From Terriglobia bacterium (GTDB lineage Bacteria; Acidobacteriota; Terriglobia; JAJPHL01; JAPKYU01): a stretch of 64,000 nt of DNA. A program made the position numbers and the translations under genes. How positions within the stretch are numbered: position 1 is the first letter of the stretch; every line of letters starts with the position of its first letter. Under the pieces are notes generated by a model. It had not been told where the DNA came from, ran no database searches, and saw nothing but the letters and a program-made list of their open reading frames with translations. The stretch spans positions 320,001 to 384,000 of the forward strand of contig CBDBKE010000004.1 of the NCBI GenBank assembly GCA_965206645.1, written 5' to 3'. This document shows, one piece after another, positions 9,878-19,743 of this stretch.

Positions 9878-9951
9878 TGTCATTCCGAGCGGTGACAGTC
9901 TACTGCCGCTACAGATTGAAAAGCAGATTCCTCGCTGCGCTCGGAATGACA
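9878..9951. repeat. REP-like palindromic element (GTCATTCCGAGCG type)
   Basis: Perfect 14-bp IR TGTCATTCCGAGCG (9878-9891) / CGCTCGGAATGACA (9938-9951); the 29-bp right unit recurs at 12998 and 55997. Confidence 0.8.
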
Positions 9952-10031
9952 ACGGGGCAGGAACCTGAAACCGCAGCGCCTGCGGGCACGTCATCACAAC
10001 ACAGAGGCCACCACAGAGGGGAGGAGTTCCA

Positions 10032-11015
10032 ATGCGCCTGCCTGCCGTCCCGCTGTTCCTGCTTCTGGTTGCATTCTCCCTGCCTGTTTTCCCGGCCCCG
10101 ATCGAGCCGACGATTCCGGAAACGACCATTCGGGTGGACGTGAACCTGGTCAGCTTCCCCGCAACTGTCACCGACCGCTATAGGCGCTATGTGGGCTCCC
10201 TGCGCCGGCGGGACTTCACCTTGTATGAGGACGGCGTGCCGCAGAAGATCGCCGTCTTCCACAACGAAATTGTGCCTGTTAGCGTGGGCGTGGTGATTGA
10301 CACCAGCGGGAGCATGGTGGACAAGATTCAGGAGGCGGCCGACGCCCTGACTTACTTCGTCAACACCATCCAGCCCGAGGATGACGTCTTTCTGATCCGC
10401 TTCGCGCGAACCGTCAAGCTGGAACTGGACTTCACCGCGAACCGGGCGCTGTTCCGCCGGGCAGCCTACCGGCTGCGCGCTCGAGGCTCCACGCGGCTCT
10501 ATGACGCGCTGGCCGAAGCGCTGGACAAAGTCCGAAGCGGGCTGCATCAGAAGAAGGCCATCGTGCTAATTACCGACGGCAACGACACTTCCAGCTACGT
10601 CGGCTTCGAGGAGGTGTTGGAGATGGCGCGCCGCTCCGAAGTGCTGGTCTACGCAATGGGGATTGGGCACGGGCACCGCGGCTTGCTGGGCGAACTTCGC
10701 CGCCACGCGCGCCGGCGGCGGGGCCAAGACCGGGTGGACATGCGGGTCCTGGGGGCCATTGCCGGCGCTACCGGCGGCTTCGCCTTCCACCTGGAGAATG
10801 CGCACCGCCCGGGAGCAGACCTGATTGACCAGGCTGCGCAGGAAATTTCCACCGAGCTGCGGCAGCACTACACCATCGGCTACTATCCCACCAACGCCGC
10901 GCGAGACGGAACCTACCGGAATATCAAGCTGGAGGCCAAAGTGCCCGGCCTGAGAGTCCGTCACCGCCGTGGCTACTATTCGCCGGGGGAAACCTCCGCC
11001 CGTGCGCGGCCTTGA
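10032..11015 (+). CDS. VWA-domain protein, Acidobacterial VWFA-related type (secreted)
   Basis: Signal peptide, IRVDVNLV, DTSGSM MIDAS, T.LYDA, ITDG.D, Y.IGYYPTN..RDG.YR, RRGYY. Confidence 0.92.
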   Translation: MRLPAVPLFLLLVAFSLPVFPAPIEPTIPETTIRVDVNLVSFPATVTDRYRRYVGSLRRRDFTLYEDGVPQKIAVFHNEIVPVSVGVVIDTSGSMVDKIQEAADALTYFVNTIQPEDDVFLIRFARTVKLELDFTANRALFRRAAYRLRARGSTRLYDALAEALDKVRSGLHQKKAIVLITDGNDTSSYVGFEEVLEMARRSEVLVYAMGIGHGHRGLLGELRRHARRRRGQDRVDMRVLGAIAGATGGFAFHLENAHRPGADLIDQAAQEISTELRQHYTIGYYPTNAARDGTYRNIKLEAKVPGLRVRHRRGYYSPGETSARARP

Positions 11016-11059
11016 GAGTTGAAATTTCAGGATGGCAGGGAAGCTGCTCTTGCACCCTG

Positions 11060-11602
11060 CTACGCGATGCCTGACTCCGGCCGGCGTTTCTGCGGGAGCT
11101 TCTCTTCTTCACGCCGCTGCAACTGGAACACTTTTTCGGCGACGAATATCTTGGCGCCGGAGCGCAGCGCCAGCGCGATCGAGTCGCTCGGCCGGGCGTC
11201 GTAGGTCTGTTGACGGCCGTCTTTCTGAAAGGTCAGGTTGGCGAGAAAGGTGCCGTTCACCAGGTCTCGCACCACGACGCGCTCGACCTGCCAGCCATTG
11301 CGGTCCAGGAACGTCTTGAAGATGTCGTGGGTCAGGGGCCGTGCCGCCTTCTTTTTCAGTTGCGCCAGGTTAATGGAGTGGCCTTCGGAGAAGCCCACAA
11401 TCATCTCGATCCGGTCCACACTATCTACTGCGCGCAGGGCCACGGCGAAGCCCGCGTTGGTCAGCATCAGGCGGTCCAGCACGACTTCGCGAATGTCCTC
11501 CTTGCTTTTCTCCGCCGCGGGAAGCGAGGTGGGAGCACCCAGCAGGGAAGGCCATACGCACAACAGCAGCATCATCATCACCCGGCACACATTGCGTCTC
11601 AT
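11060..11602 (-). CDS. Bifunctional nuclease family protein (DUF151/BFN) with N-terminal signal-like peptide
   Basis: G..E..SI, RPLTHD, GTF.A.L, DARPSDSIALALR...IFV; GAGGAG RBS before ATG 11602. Confidence 0.88.
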   Translation of the reverse strand: MRRNVCRVMMMLLLCVWPSLLGAPTSLPAAEKSKEDIREVVLDRLMLTNAGFAVALRAVDSVDRIEMIVGFSEGHSINLAQLKKKAARPLTHDIFKTFLDRNGWQVERVVVRDLVNGTFLANLTFQKDGRQQTYDARPSDSIALALRSGAKIFVAEKVFQLQRREEEKLPQKRRPESGIA

Positions 11603-11840
11603 ATGCAACTCCTCTGAGGCCAGGCTACCCTGTTGCAGCCCAGGCCTGCCAACCCAGATCTGCGGTGATAGTAGCACGACTCGAAACCTGAGACGGCACG
11701 CGTCGTGGTAGAATTTGCGGACGAACGGAATCAACCAACTAGCGCGCAGCATGTTTCTGCGAAAAGTAAAGACGCACCTGTCCGTGGCAGAATCCGCCGA
11801 TGCTTTCTCGGTTCCTTCGATTGTCCCTTGAAGCAATAGC

Positions 11841-12530
11841 GTGCCGGCCCGCGTCGCCCTGCTGATTCCTGCACTGAACGAAGAGGCATCTATCGGGCAT
11901 GTACTCAGCAGTCTGCCCGAGGGCGTGTTTTCCCAGATTGTGGTGGTGGACAACGCCAGCACCGACCGAACCGCCGAGGTGGCTCGAGCCCTGGGCGCCA
12001 CCGTGGTTCGGGAGCCGCGGCGGGGCTACGGACGCGCCTGCCTGGCAGGGTTAGCGGCGCTGGAAGCGAACACCGACACGGTTGTGTTCATGGACGCCGA
12101 TTCCAGCGACGTCCCCGAGGAGGCGGGACGCCTGCTGGAGCCGATTGTCTCTGGGTCTGCGGATTTGGTGATTGGCTCGCGCGTGCTGGGCCAGGCCGAG
12201 CCCGGAGCGCTGGCCCCGCACCAGCGCTTCGGCAACCGCCTCGCCACCTCCCTGGTGGCTTGGCTCTACGGCTTTCGCTACACCGACCTCGGTCCCTTCC
12301 GCGCGATTCGCGCTGATCGCCTTCGCCAACTGGGCATGCGGGATTGCGACTTTGGCTGGACGGTCGAGATGCAGGTGCGCGCGTTGCGCTGCGGGCTGCG
12401 CGTGGTGGAGGTGCCGGTCAGCTACCGGCGGCGCATCGGAACCAGCAAAATCTCCGGCAACCTGCGCGCTTCTCTGGCTGCTGGGTGGAAGATCATTTCT
12501 ACCATCCTCCGCCTGCGATTCGTCTCTTAA
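11841..12530 (+). CDS. Glycosyltransferase family 2 (DPM-synthase-like)
   Basis: LIPALNEE, VVDNASTD.T, RGYG.AC, FMDAD, TDLGPFRAI, GWTVEMQ. Confidence 0.92.
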   Translation: MPARVALLIPALNEEASIGHVLSSLPEGVFSQIVVVDNASTDRTAEVARALGATVVREPRRGYGRACLAGLAALEANTDTVVFMDADSSDVPEEAGRLLEPIVSGSADLVIGSRVLGQAEPGALAPHQRFGNRLATSLVAWLYGFRYTDLGPFRAIRADRLRQLGMRDCDFGWTVEMQVRALRCGLRVVEVPVSYRRRIGTSKISGNLRASLAAGWKIISTILRLRFVS

Positions 12531-12581
12531 CGGGGGTCTCTTTGCCGGGGTCCGGACGACTTCCTGATGGCCGCCTAACTG

Positions 12582-12941
12582 CTAACGTTCCCTTTGGTGG
12601 GAACGGTGTCCGTTTGTTCCTTGGACATCTCCAGATTCAGGGCTTTCTTGCAGGTGGAGGACCAGCTCCTGCTCCACAAAGAGGACTTCCATGCCCTCCC
12701 GCACCAGGACCTTGCAGGAGAGGACCGTGCGCGGCCTGCCGTCCATGCCGACCACCACCACCCGGCAGTACTGGCATTCTTCATTCCAGCAGAAGCGGCC
12801 GTAGGGAATCGTGTTGGGGCTCACGAATTGGAAGCCCCGAAGCAGGATGTTGTTCTCCGGGACCTCGGCGGTTTTCCCCAGCACCGTGATTTTGATTAGG
12901 CGTTCGTAGGGGGCATACAGTCCGCTTGTCTGGGTGGACAT
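12582..12941 (-). CDS. Small 2Fe-2S cluster-binding protein
   Basis: CWNEECQYC...LSC (Cx4Cx2C..C), VREGM. Confidence 0.75.
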   Translation of the reverse strand: MSTQTSGLYAPYERLIKITVLGKTAEVPENNILLRGFQFVSPNTIPYGRFCWNEECQYCRVVVVGMDGRPRTVLSCKVLVREGMEVLFVEQELVLHLQESPESGDVQGTNGHRSHQRER

Positions 12942-12997
12942 CCGAACTATTCTACTCCAGGAGGGTTCTGGAAAATGCCCGGCCAGCGTGCGGAAAG

Positions 12998-13026
12998 GCA
13001 GATTCCTCGCTTTGCTCGGAATGACA
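12998..13026. repeat. REP-like 29-bp unit, copy 2
   Basis: GCAGATTCCTCGCTTTGCTCGGAATGACA, near-identical to 9923-9951. Confidence 0.75.
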
Positions 13027-13065
13027 GGGAAGTCGCTTTTTCGGCACCCTGCCGACCGCTTCTCC

Positions 13066-13764
13066 TCATCGGACTGCAGGATACCAACGGGCCAACCGAT
13101 GCGCCGGCACTCCCAGGGTATAAAAGGTCTGAATCCAGAACCAGGTCCACATCGTCCGCCACACTCCCCGGTTCTCCCATCGGCGGGATGACACCTCAAG
13201 TTCCTCGCGCAGATGAGCCAAGCGTCCTGCCTTCCACAGACGCCTGGCAAATTCGTAATCTTCCATCAGTGACAGCGGAGCGAAGCCGCCCAGCCGTTCA
13301 AAGACGGACCGCCGCACGAAGATGCCCGAATCCGCATAGAAGATCCCAAAGCGCCGCCGGTGGTGATTGATGGCGGTAAACAATCGGCTGGCCACAGCAT
13401 GTCCGCCGCCGGCAAAACGCACCCGGAAGTTGCCTCCCAGGATGGACGTGTCCGCCAGAGCGCGCTCGATGGCCAGGATGCCGTCCGGGTGGAAGCGCAC
13501 ATCGGCGTGCAAGAACAACAGGACGTCACCGCGTGCGGCGCCTGCGCCGGCGTTCATCTGGGCCGCGCGTCCTCGCGCAGCGTGCAGAACTCGGCATACG
13601 GAGTTGAAATCCGCGGCGATCTTGATCGTGGTATCTGTGCTGTCGCCGTCCACGACCAATACTTCAAACGCTCCCTGGGCGGCGGCCAGCGAACGCAACG
13701 TGGCGGCCAGCACGCGTTCCTCATTTAGGACGGGAATGATGACGGAAACCACTACCTGCAGCAC
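13066..13764 (-). CDS. GT2 glycosyltransferase, TIGR04283-like
   Basis: SVIIPVLNEE, GRAAQMNAGA, LLFLHAD, F..LGGF...LMED, SSRRW; start approximate. Confidence 0.88.
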   Translation of the reverse strand: MLQVVVSVIIPVLNEERVLAATLRSLAAAQGAFEVLVVDGDSTDTTIKIAADFNSVCRVLHAARGRAAQMNAGAGAARGDVLLFLHADVRFHPDGILAIERALADTSILGGNFRVRFAGGGHAVASRLFTAINHHRRRFGIFYADSGIFVRRSVFERLGGFAPLSLMEDYEFARRLWKAGRLAHLREELEVSSRRWENRGVWRTMWTWFWIQTFYTLGVPAHRLARWYPAVR

Positions 13765-13826
13765 CTGTACAAATTGGAGGCCCTGTGTCCGGAGAGTAGC
13801 AGCTACGATTCTCCACGTGTCTATCT

Positions 13827-13867
13827 CGCGGATTCTACCCGCCGGCGCGCGGATTCTACCCGCCGGC
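13827..13867. repeat. Tandem duplication (20 bp, period 21) in a divergent promoter region
   Basis: CGCGGATTCTACCCGCCGGC at 13827-13846 and 13848-13867. Confidence 0.85.
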
Positions 13868-13898
13868 CGAACCGGAAGCAAGGTCAACTCCCCCTAAG

Positions 13899-13927
13899 TT
13901 GACATCCCCCAACCGCGCTGCTATACG
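13899..13927 (+). promoter_or_regulatory. Sigma70-type promoter of the aminotransferase operon
   Basis: TTGACA-17nt-TATACG with TG extended -10. Confidence 0.65.
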
Positions 13928-13934
13928 GTTCAGG

Positions 13935-15185
13935 ATGGGAGCGCAACCCTTGCGGCATTCCGCCCGCACCTCGCTGCTTCTGCCCACCGCAGTGAACTCC
14001 ATCCTTTCCGAGGTTCGTCGGTATCAGGCGGAAGGCAGAGAATGTATCTCACTGATGCGAGGACAGCCTGACATTCCCACCCCGCCGCACATCGTGGAGG
14101 CCGCGGCTCGTGCGCTCCGGTATGGGCGCACCGGCTACCCGGACAATCGCGGTGAACCGTCGCTTCGGGAAGCAGTCGCCGAAAAACTGCGTCGCGAGAA
14201 CCAACTCCATTACGAACCCGGCTCGGAAATCCTCATCACTACGGGCGCCACGTTTGGCATCTACGCAGCCCTGACGGCCCTGCTGAACGAAGGCGACGAA
14301 GTGTTGCTACCCGACCCGATCTACGACGCCTACCGGTCACCGATCCTGCTGGCGGGCGGCCGGGTGCGGTCGGTCCCCGCTAAGCTTCAGGGCGACCGAT
14401 TTCGCCTGGACCGCGAAAGCCTGGAATCGGCTTGGACTCCAGCCTGCAAAGCACTGCTGCTGAACACACCATGGAACCCGGTGGGTTCTGTCTTCACGGA
14501 GACCGAGCTGAACGATATCGCCGGGTTTCTGGAGCAGCGCGACGTGCTGCTCCTCAGCGATGAGATTTATGAGGCGATCCTCTACGGCGATCGCCGGCAC
14601 GTTTCGCCCGCCTCACTTTCCGAGCGCCTCCGCGCGAGGTGCATCGTCGTGAACAGCCTGTCCAAAACATATGCGATGACCGGGTGGCGGGTGGGCTATT
14701 GCGCGGGACCAAAGGAACTGATCCAGGCGATGTTCCTGGTGCTCCAGCAATCGAGTCGCGGTCCGGCGCTGTTTGTGCAGGATGCTGCAGTAGTGGCCTT
14801 GGGCGGACCGCAAGATTGCGTTCTTGAGATGCGCGCGGAATACAGCCGGCGCCGCGCACAGGTTCTGGAGCAATTGAAGGGAATCCAGGCGACGGTGGTG
14901 CTGCCTCCGGAGGGAGGCTTCTTTGCCATGCTTGACATCCGTGAGCTAGGTCTGGCTTCCGACGAGGTTCGCCGGCGACTTCTGGCGGAAAGCGGCGTCG
15001 TGGTGGTCCACGGCGCCGCCTATGGTTCGGGCGGAGAGGGCACCTTACGAGTGTCCTTCGCCGCCGGCGGTGAGAACCTGACGCGCGGATTGGGGCGTTT
15101 GCGAGAGGGTTTGGCACGGATCAGCACAGAGCCGAGTAGCAGCGGCGCGCCGAGCGCAGGCGTTCCAAATTTTGCCCAGCCATGA
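13935..15185 (+). CDS. PLP-dependent aminotransferase class I/II
   Basis: GQPD..TP, LNTP.NP.G, SDEIY, SLSKTYAMTGWRVGY, LRVSFA. Confidence 0.93.
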   Translation: MGAQPLRHSARTSLLLPTAVNSILSEVRRYQAEGRECISLMRGQPDIPTPPHIVEAAARALRYGRTGYPDNRGEPSLREAVAEKLRRENQLHYEPGSEILITTGATFGIYAALTALLNEGDEVLLPDPIYDAYRSPILLAGGRVRSVPAKLQGDRFRLDRESLESAWTPACKALLLNTPWNPVGSVFTETELNDIAGFLEQRDVLLLSDEIYEAILYGDRRHVSPASLSERLRARCIVVNSLSKTYAMTGWRVGYCAGPKELIQAMFLVLQQSSRGPALFVQDAAVVALGGPQDCVLEMRAEYSRRRAQVLEQLKGIQATVVLPPEGGFFAMLDIRELGLASDEVRRRLLAESGVVVVHGAAYGSGGEGTLRVSFAAGGENLTRGLGRLREGLARISTEPSSSGAPSAGVPNFAQP

Positions 15186-15197
15186 TCTTCTCCAGTC

Positions 15198-18185
15198 ATG
15201 ATCCCGACACCTGCCGAACCCGAAGCTAGCGAGAGGCTGGCTGTCGCTGAGGCCGGCTCGCCTGTGGCGCAGGCGGATGCCTCGCGCGTGGACGCGGAGG
15301 CGCTGCGCCGGGAATTGGTGTCCCAGCTTGCCGGCGAAGTCCGCTTCGATAGGGTTTCCCGAGCGTTGTATTCCACCGATGCCAGTGTCTACCAGATTGA
15401 GCCTCTGGGCGTAGTGGTGGTGCGCTCGCGCGAGGATGTGATCCACACGGTTCAGGTTTGTCACCAGCTCCGCTGCCCCATCACTGCCCGCGGGGGAGGC
15501 ACTTCGCAGGCGGGCCAGGCCATTGGACCCGGCCTGCAGTTGGACACCTCGAAATTCTTCAACCGACTTCTGGAAGTGAATGCTGCGGAGTGCTGGGCGC
15601 GGGTGGAGCCGGGCATCGTGCTTGACGAGCTAAACGAGCAGCTCCGCCTCCACGGGTTGCAGTTTGCACCCGATGTCTCCACTTCCAATCGAGCGACCCT
15701 GGGAGGGATGATGGCCAATAACTCCTGTGGCGCGCGCTCGGTGCTCTACGGCAAAACCATTGATCATGTGCTGGAGCAGCACGTGGTGCTGGCTGACGGC
15801 AACGTCGCCCACTTTCGACCGCTCGCTCCAGCGGAGTTGGAAGCCATCTGCGCCGAGGACAGCCTGGAAGCGGCTGGGTATCGCGCCGTGCGAGAGTTGG
15901 CCGCTGCCTGCGCCGAAGAGATTGAACGCCGCTTCCCCAAGATTCTCCGGCGCGTCGGAGGCTACAACCTGGACGCTTTCGCTTGCCGGGATCAGCCGTT
16001 CAATCTGGCCAAGCTGATGGTCGGCTCGGAGGGAACGCTGGGCGTAGTGGTGGAAGCGAAGCTAAAGCTGGTTCCGATCCCTCGGACCAGTGTTTTGCTG
16101 GTCATCCACTTCACGGACCTTTTGCCAGCGCTCGCCGCTACCTCAGCCATCCTTGGGCACCAGCCGTCGGCGATTGAGTTGTTGGACAAGTTCATCCTCG
16201 ACTCCACGCGCCAGCGGCCTTCGTTGGAAAGCCTGCGCGACTTCATCCAGGGCGATCCAGGCGCTCTGCTGATCGTCGAGTTCCAGGGCGAGAACCAGGA
16301 ATCGCTATTGGAGCAAGTCGATTCGCTGGAGCTGGACCTTAAGAGCAAACAACTCGGCTACCACTACCATCGCGCGCTGGACCCTGTGGCTCAAGGCCGC
16401 ATCTGGAGTTTGCGCCGGGGGGCGCTGGGTCTTTCCATGGCCATGAAGGGGGATGCCAAGTCGTTTTCTTTCGTGGAAGACACAGCGGTGGCGCCCGAAA
16501 AGCTCCGCGACTACATCGAGCGGTTTCTCCAACTTGTTCGCCGCCACGGAACCACCGCCGGTGTCTACGCGCACGCCTCGGTTGGCTGTCTGCACGTGCG
16601 GCCCGTGGTCAACCTGAAGACCGAGGCAGGCGTGCGGCAATTCGAGGCGATTGCCAGCGACGTTGCTGACCTCGTGCTGGAGTACGGCGGGGCAATCTCG
16701 GGCGAGCACGGCGATGGCTTGGTTCGCAGTCCGTTTATGCGCAGGATGTTCGGGCCCACGCTCTATGAGGCGTTCCGCGCCATCAAGCGCACGTTCGACC
16801 CGCTCGGCATCTTCAATCCAGGCAAGATCGTGGATTCTCCCCCCCTGACCGCCAATCTTCGCTATGGTCCGAGCTACCAGACGCCAGACCCGCCCACCTT
16901 CTTCGACTACTCCGAATATGGCGGCCTGGGCAGGGCCGTGGAAATGTGCAGCGGCCTGGGCGCCTGCCGCAAGAAACTCACAGGAACGATGTGCCCCTCC
17001 TACATGGCCACCCTGGAGGAGATGCACACCACCCGCGGCCGCGCCAACGTGCTGCTCCTGGCGATGGCGGGCAGGCTGGGCGAAGATCGCCTGACGGATG
17101 AGCAGGTGCTTCAGACTCTGGACCTGTGTCTGGAGTGCCGCGCCTGCAAGTCCGAATGTCCCGTCGGGGTGGACATGGCGCGGTACAAGAGTGAGTTTCT
17201 GGCCGCGTACTGGGAGCGCAACCGTATCTCGGGTCAGGCATGGCTGCTGGGCCACCTCCACGCCATTTCCCGATGGGGGAGCCGCTCGGCCCCGGTGTCA
17301 AACTGGCTGGTCCGCAGCTGGCCGGTTCGCCAGCTCAACGAAATGCTGTGGGGCATGGATGCCCGCAGGAAATTGCCGCTGTGGCGACGCCCGACGCTAG
17401 CGCACTGGTTTGCCCGGAGAAACGGGGTATCCCGACTGTCGGGAGATGCCCCCAGGGTCGTATTGTTCAACGATACCTTTACCAATTATTACGAGTCCGA
17501 TGTGGGAATCGCCGCTGTTGAGCTTCTGGAAGCGGCAGGCATCGGCGTTGAGCTGGGGCAGCACGGCTGTTGTGGTCGTCCGCTCATCTCCCAGGGCTTG
17601 TTGAGCAAAGCCCGGGAGAGTGCCGCAGCCAACGCCGAGATTCTGTATCCATCGGCGGCGCAGGGGAAGAAAATCCTGTTTTGCGAGCCGAGCTGCTTAT
17701 CGGCGATGCGCGAGGACGCTCCGGCGCTGCTACGTGGTGAGGCCCAGAGCAGGGCAATGGTTGTGGCCCGGGCCTGCATGCTACTGGAAGAGTTTCTGGA
17801 GACGGAGTGGCAGTCCGGGCGGGTGGGGTTGGCGCTACGGCCGGGTCCGCGCAAGGTGCTCCTGCATGGGCATTGCCATCAGAAGGCTATGGGGCTGCTG
17901 CCGGCTGCCCGGGCGTTGCTCGGCCGCATCCCTTCCTGCACAGTGGTGGATCTGGATGCGGGCTGCTGTGGGATGGCAGGCTCGTTCGGGTATCTGCGCA
18001 ATCACTATGATCTGTCGCGCAAGATCGCCGAGCAGCGCCTGCTGCCGGCGGTCCGCAGCAAAGAACCGGATACGGTGTTGGCAGCGCCTGGGGTCTCCTG
18101 CCGCCATCAGGTGGAGGACTTCAGCGGCGAGAAAGCGGTGCATCCGGCCGTCCTGCTGCGATCCCTGCTGGCCGAGAGCCGATGA
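15198..18185 (+). CDS. FAD-binding/Fe-S oxidoreductase (YdiJ-like GlcD-GlcF fusion; D-2-hydroxyacid dehydrogenase)
   Basis: YSTDASVY, RGGGTSQAGQ, GSEGTL, SGEHGDG, CxGxGxC, CLECRACKSECP, CCG motifs. Confidence 0.92.
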   Translation: MIPTPAEPEASERLAVAEAGSPVAQADASRVDAEALRRELVSQLAGEVRFDRVSRALYSTDASVYQIEPLGVVVVRSREDVIHTVQVCHQLRCPITARGGGTSQAGQAIGPGLQLDTSKFFNRLLEVNAAECWARVEPGIVLDELNEQLRLHGLQFAPDVSTSNRATLGGMMANNSCGARSVLYGKTIDHVLEQHVVLADGNVAHFRPLAPAELEAICAEDSLEAAGYRAVRELAAACAEEIERRFPKILRRVGGYNLDAFACRDQPFNLAKLMVGSEGTLGVVVEAKLKLVPIPRTSVLLVIHFTDLLPALAATSAILGHQPSAIELLDKFILDSTRQRPSLESLRDFIQGDPGALLIVEFQGENQESLLEQVDSLELDLKSKQLGYHYHRALDPVAQGRIWSLRRGALGLSMAMKGDAKSFSFVEDTAVAPEKLRDYIERFLQLVRRHGTTAGVYAHASVGCLHVRPVVNLKTEAGVRQFEAIASDVADLVLEYGGAISGEHGDGLVRSPFMRRMFGPTLYEAFRAIKRTFDPLGIFNPGKIVDSPPLTANLRYGPSYQTPDPPTFFDYSEYGGLGRAVEMCSGLGACRKKLTGTMCPSYMATLEEMHTTRGRANVLLLAMAGRLGEDRLTDEQVLQTLDLCLECRACKSECPVGVDMARYKSEFLAAYWERNRISGQAWLLGHLHAISRWGSRSAPVSNWLVRSWPVRQLNEMLWGMDARRKLPLWRRPTLAHWFARRNGVSRLSGDAPRVVLFNDTFTNYYESDVGIAAVELLEAAGIGVELGQHGCCGRPLISQGLLSKARESAAANAEILYPSAAQGKKILFCEPSCLSAMREDAPALLRGEAQSRAMVVARACMLLEEFLETEWQSGRVGLALRPGPRKVLLHGHCHQKAMGLLPAARALLGRIPSCTVVDLDAGCCGMAGSFGYLRNHYDLSRKIAEQRLLPAVRSKEPDTVLAAPGVSCRHQVEDFSGEKAVHPAVLLRSLLAESR

Positions 18186-18297
18186 GCGAGTTCGCCACAG
18201 AGACCTTGAGGACACAGAGGTTCCTTTCCGCAAAGGCGGGATTCTGTCGAAATGAAGCAGGCGCTGGTTTTCTTCACAGCGCCTTCGGAGTAGGGAA

Positions 18298-19602
18298 GTG
18301 AATCTGGCAGCTGTCTCGTTCGGCGCGTTGCTGCTGGCGATCCTGCTTAGCTCCACTACGAAAGTCAATGTCGGCTTCCTCTCGATTGTCTTCGCCTGGA
18401 TCATCGGGGTCTACCTGAGCGGGATGCAGGTGGGGGAGGTGGCGGCCGGCTTCCCGACCCAACTGTTTCTGACGCTGGTGGGCGTCACGCTCCTATTTGC
18501 TCAGGCCCAGGTCAATGGGACTTTGGACAAAGTGGCGCATCGGGCCCTACGGATTTGCAGAGGAAACGTGGGATTGATCCCGGTGATGTTTTTCTTTCTG
18601 GCGCTGGTGTTGGCCTCCGTTGGACCTGGCAACATCGCCGCAACCGCCCTGATGGCCCCCATGGCGATGGCGTTGGCGGGTCGCGCGGGGATCTCGGGCT
18701 TCTTGATGGCGATCATGGTGGCCAATGGCGCCAACGCCGGGTCGCTCTCTCCCTTTGCCCCCACCGGCATCATTGTCAATGGCCTGATGGCGCGGATGGA
18801 GCTGGGCGGATGGGAGTGGCAAACCTACCTCAATAACCTGATCGCGCATACGGGCATCGCCTTTGCCGGCTACTTCCTCTTTGGAGGGTGGCGGCTTTTC
18901 GGGCGAACCTATGCCGGCGAGCAAGTCTTGGCGGCAAGCGAGCCGGACGGTACTCCGGCCGGTAGCGCTTCCCCGCAAGCGCAAGCCGACGTTGCCCAGC
19001 CGTTTCAGCCCAGACAGTGGGTGACGCTGGGAGTCATTGGCGCCTGGATCATGGCCGTGATCCTGTTCGGCGTGCATGTCGGGATGGGCGCCTTCGCGGC
19101 GGTCATCCTGCTTCTCCTGTTTCGGGTTGCTGACGAGGGCACGACGGTACGGGCTGTGCCCTGGCGCGTCATCCTTATGGTAACCGGCGTCACGGTGCTG
19201 ATTGCGATGCTGGAAAAGACCGGCGGGATGGATCTGTTTGTCTCCGTGCTGGTCCGCTTCTCCACCCGCGACTCGGTTACCGGCGTGATTGCGTTCCTGA
19301 CTGGATTTATTTCCGTTTATAGCAGCACCTCCGGGGTCGTGTTGCCGGCGTTCCTGCCGACCGTGCCTGGGCTGGTCGAGAAGCTGGGGGGCGGCGACCC
19401 GCTGGCCATCGCCTCGGCCATGAACGTCGGGGCTCACCTGGTTGACGTTTCTCCGGTTTCTACCCTTGGGGCGCTCTGTGTGGCTTCGGCTGCTTCCACC
19501 GAAGACACCCGCGCGCTGTTCAACAAACTGCTGGCCTGGGGCCTTTCGATGTCAGTGGTGGGCGGCCTGATCTGCTACGTCTTCTTCGGCTTGTTGTGGT
19601 AG
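18298..19602 (+). CDS. Dicarboxylate carrier (MatC/SLC13-like permease)
   Basis: Multi-TM; FP..LFLTLVGVTLLF..A..NGTL, SPFAPTGII, VDVSP.STLGAL. Confidence 0.8.
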   Translation: MNLAAVSFGALLLAILLSSTTKVNVGFLSIVFAWIIGVYLSGMQVGEVAAGFPTQLFLTLVGVTLLFAQAQVNGTLDKVAHRALRICRGNVGLIPVMFFFLALVLASVGPGNIAATALMAPMAMALAGRAGISGFLMAIMVANGANAGSLSPFAPTGIIVNGLMARMELGGWEWQTYLNNLIAHTGIAFAGYFLFGGWRLFGRTYAGEQVLAASEPDGTPAGSASPQAQADVAQPFQPRQWVTLGVIGAWIMAVILFGVHVGMGAFAAVILLLLFRVADEGTTVRAVPWRVILMVTGVTVLIAMLEKTGGMDLFVSVLVRFSTRDSVTGVIAFLTGFISVYSSTSGVVLPAFLPTVPGLVEKLGGGDPLAIASAMNVGAHLVDVSPVSTLGALCVASAASTEDTRALFNKLLAWGLSMSVVGGLICYVFFGLLW

Positions 19603-19743
19603 CTGACGAGTGCGGCGGTTTGTGGGGGTATTTTTGATTGGGGCCTAGGCCTAAAAACTTTGCCGGAGGCCAAAGAGCTGAGTAACCAAACCGGCGCAAG
19701 GTTCACGCGGCCTTATTGCTGCTTTGTGGGGATACCTTAGCTT

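Noticed and set aside
12575-12660. Possible frameshift at the 2Fe-2S protein C-terminus (alternative frame KKALNLEMSKEQ)
   Set aside because: All Cys ligands precede it, and it cannot be judged without homolog alignment
19619-19734. TTTGTGGGG(G/A)TA twice as integrase arm-site remnants
   Set aside because: Short, with no integrase, tRNA or att core nearby
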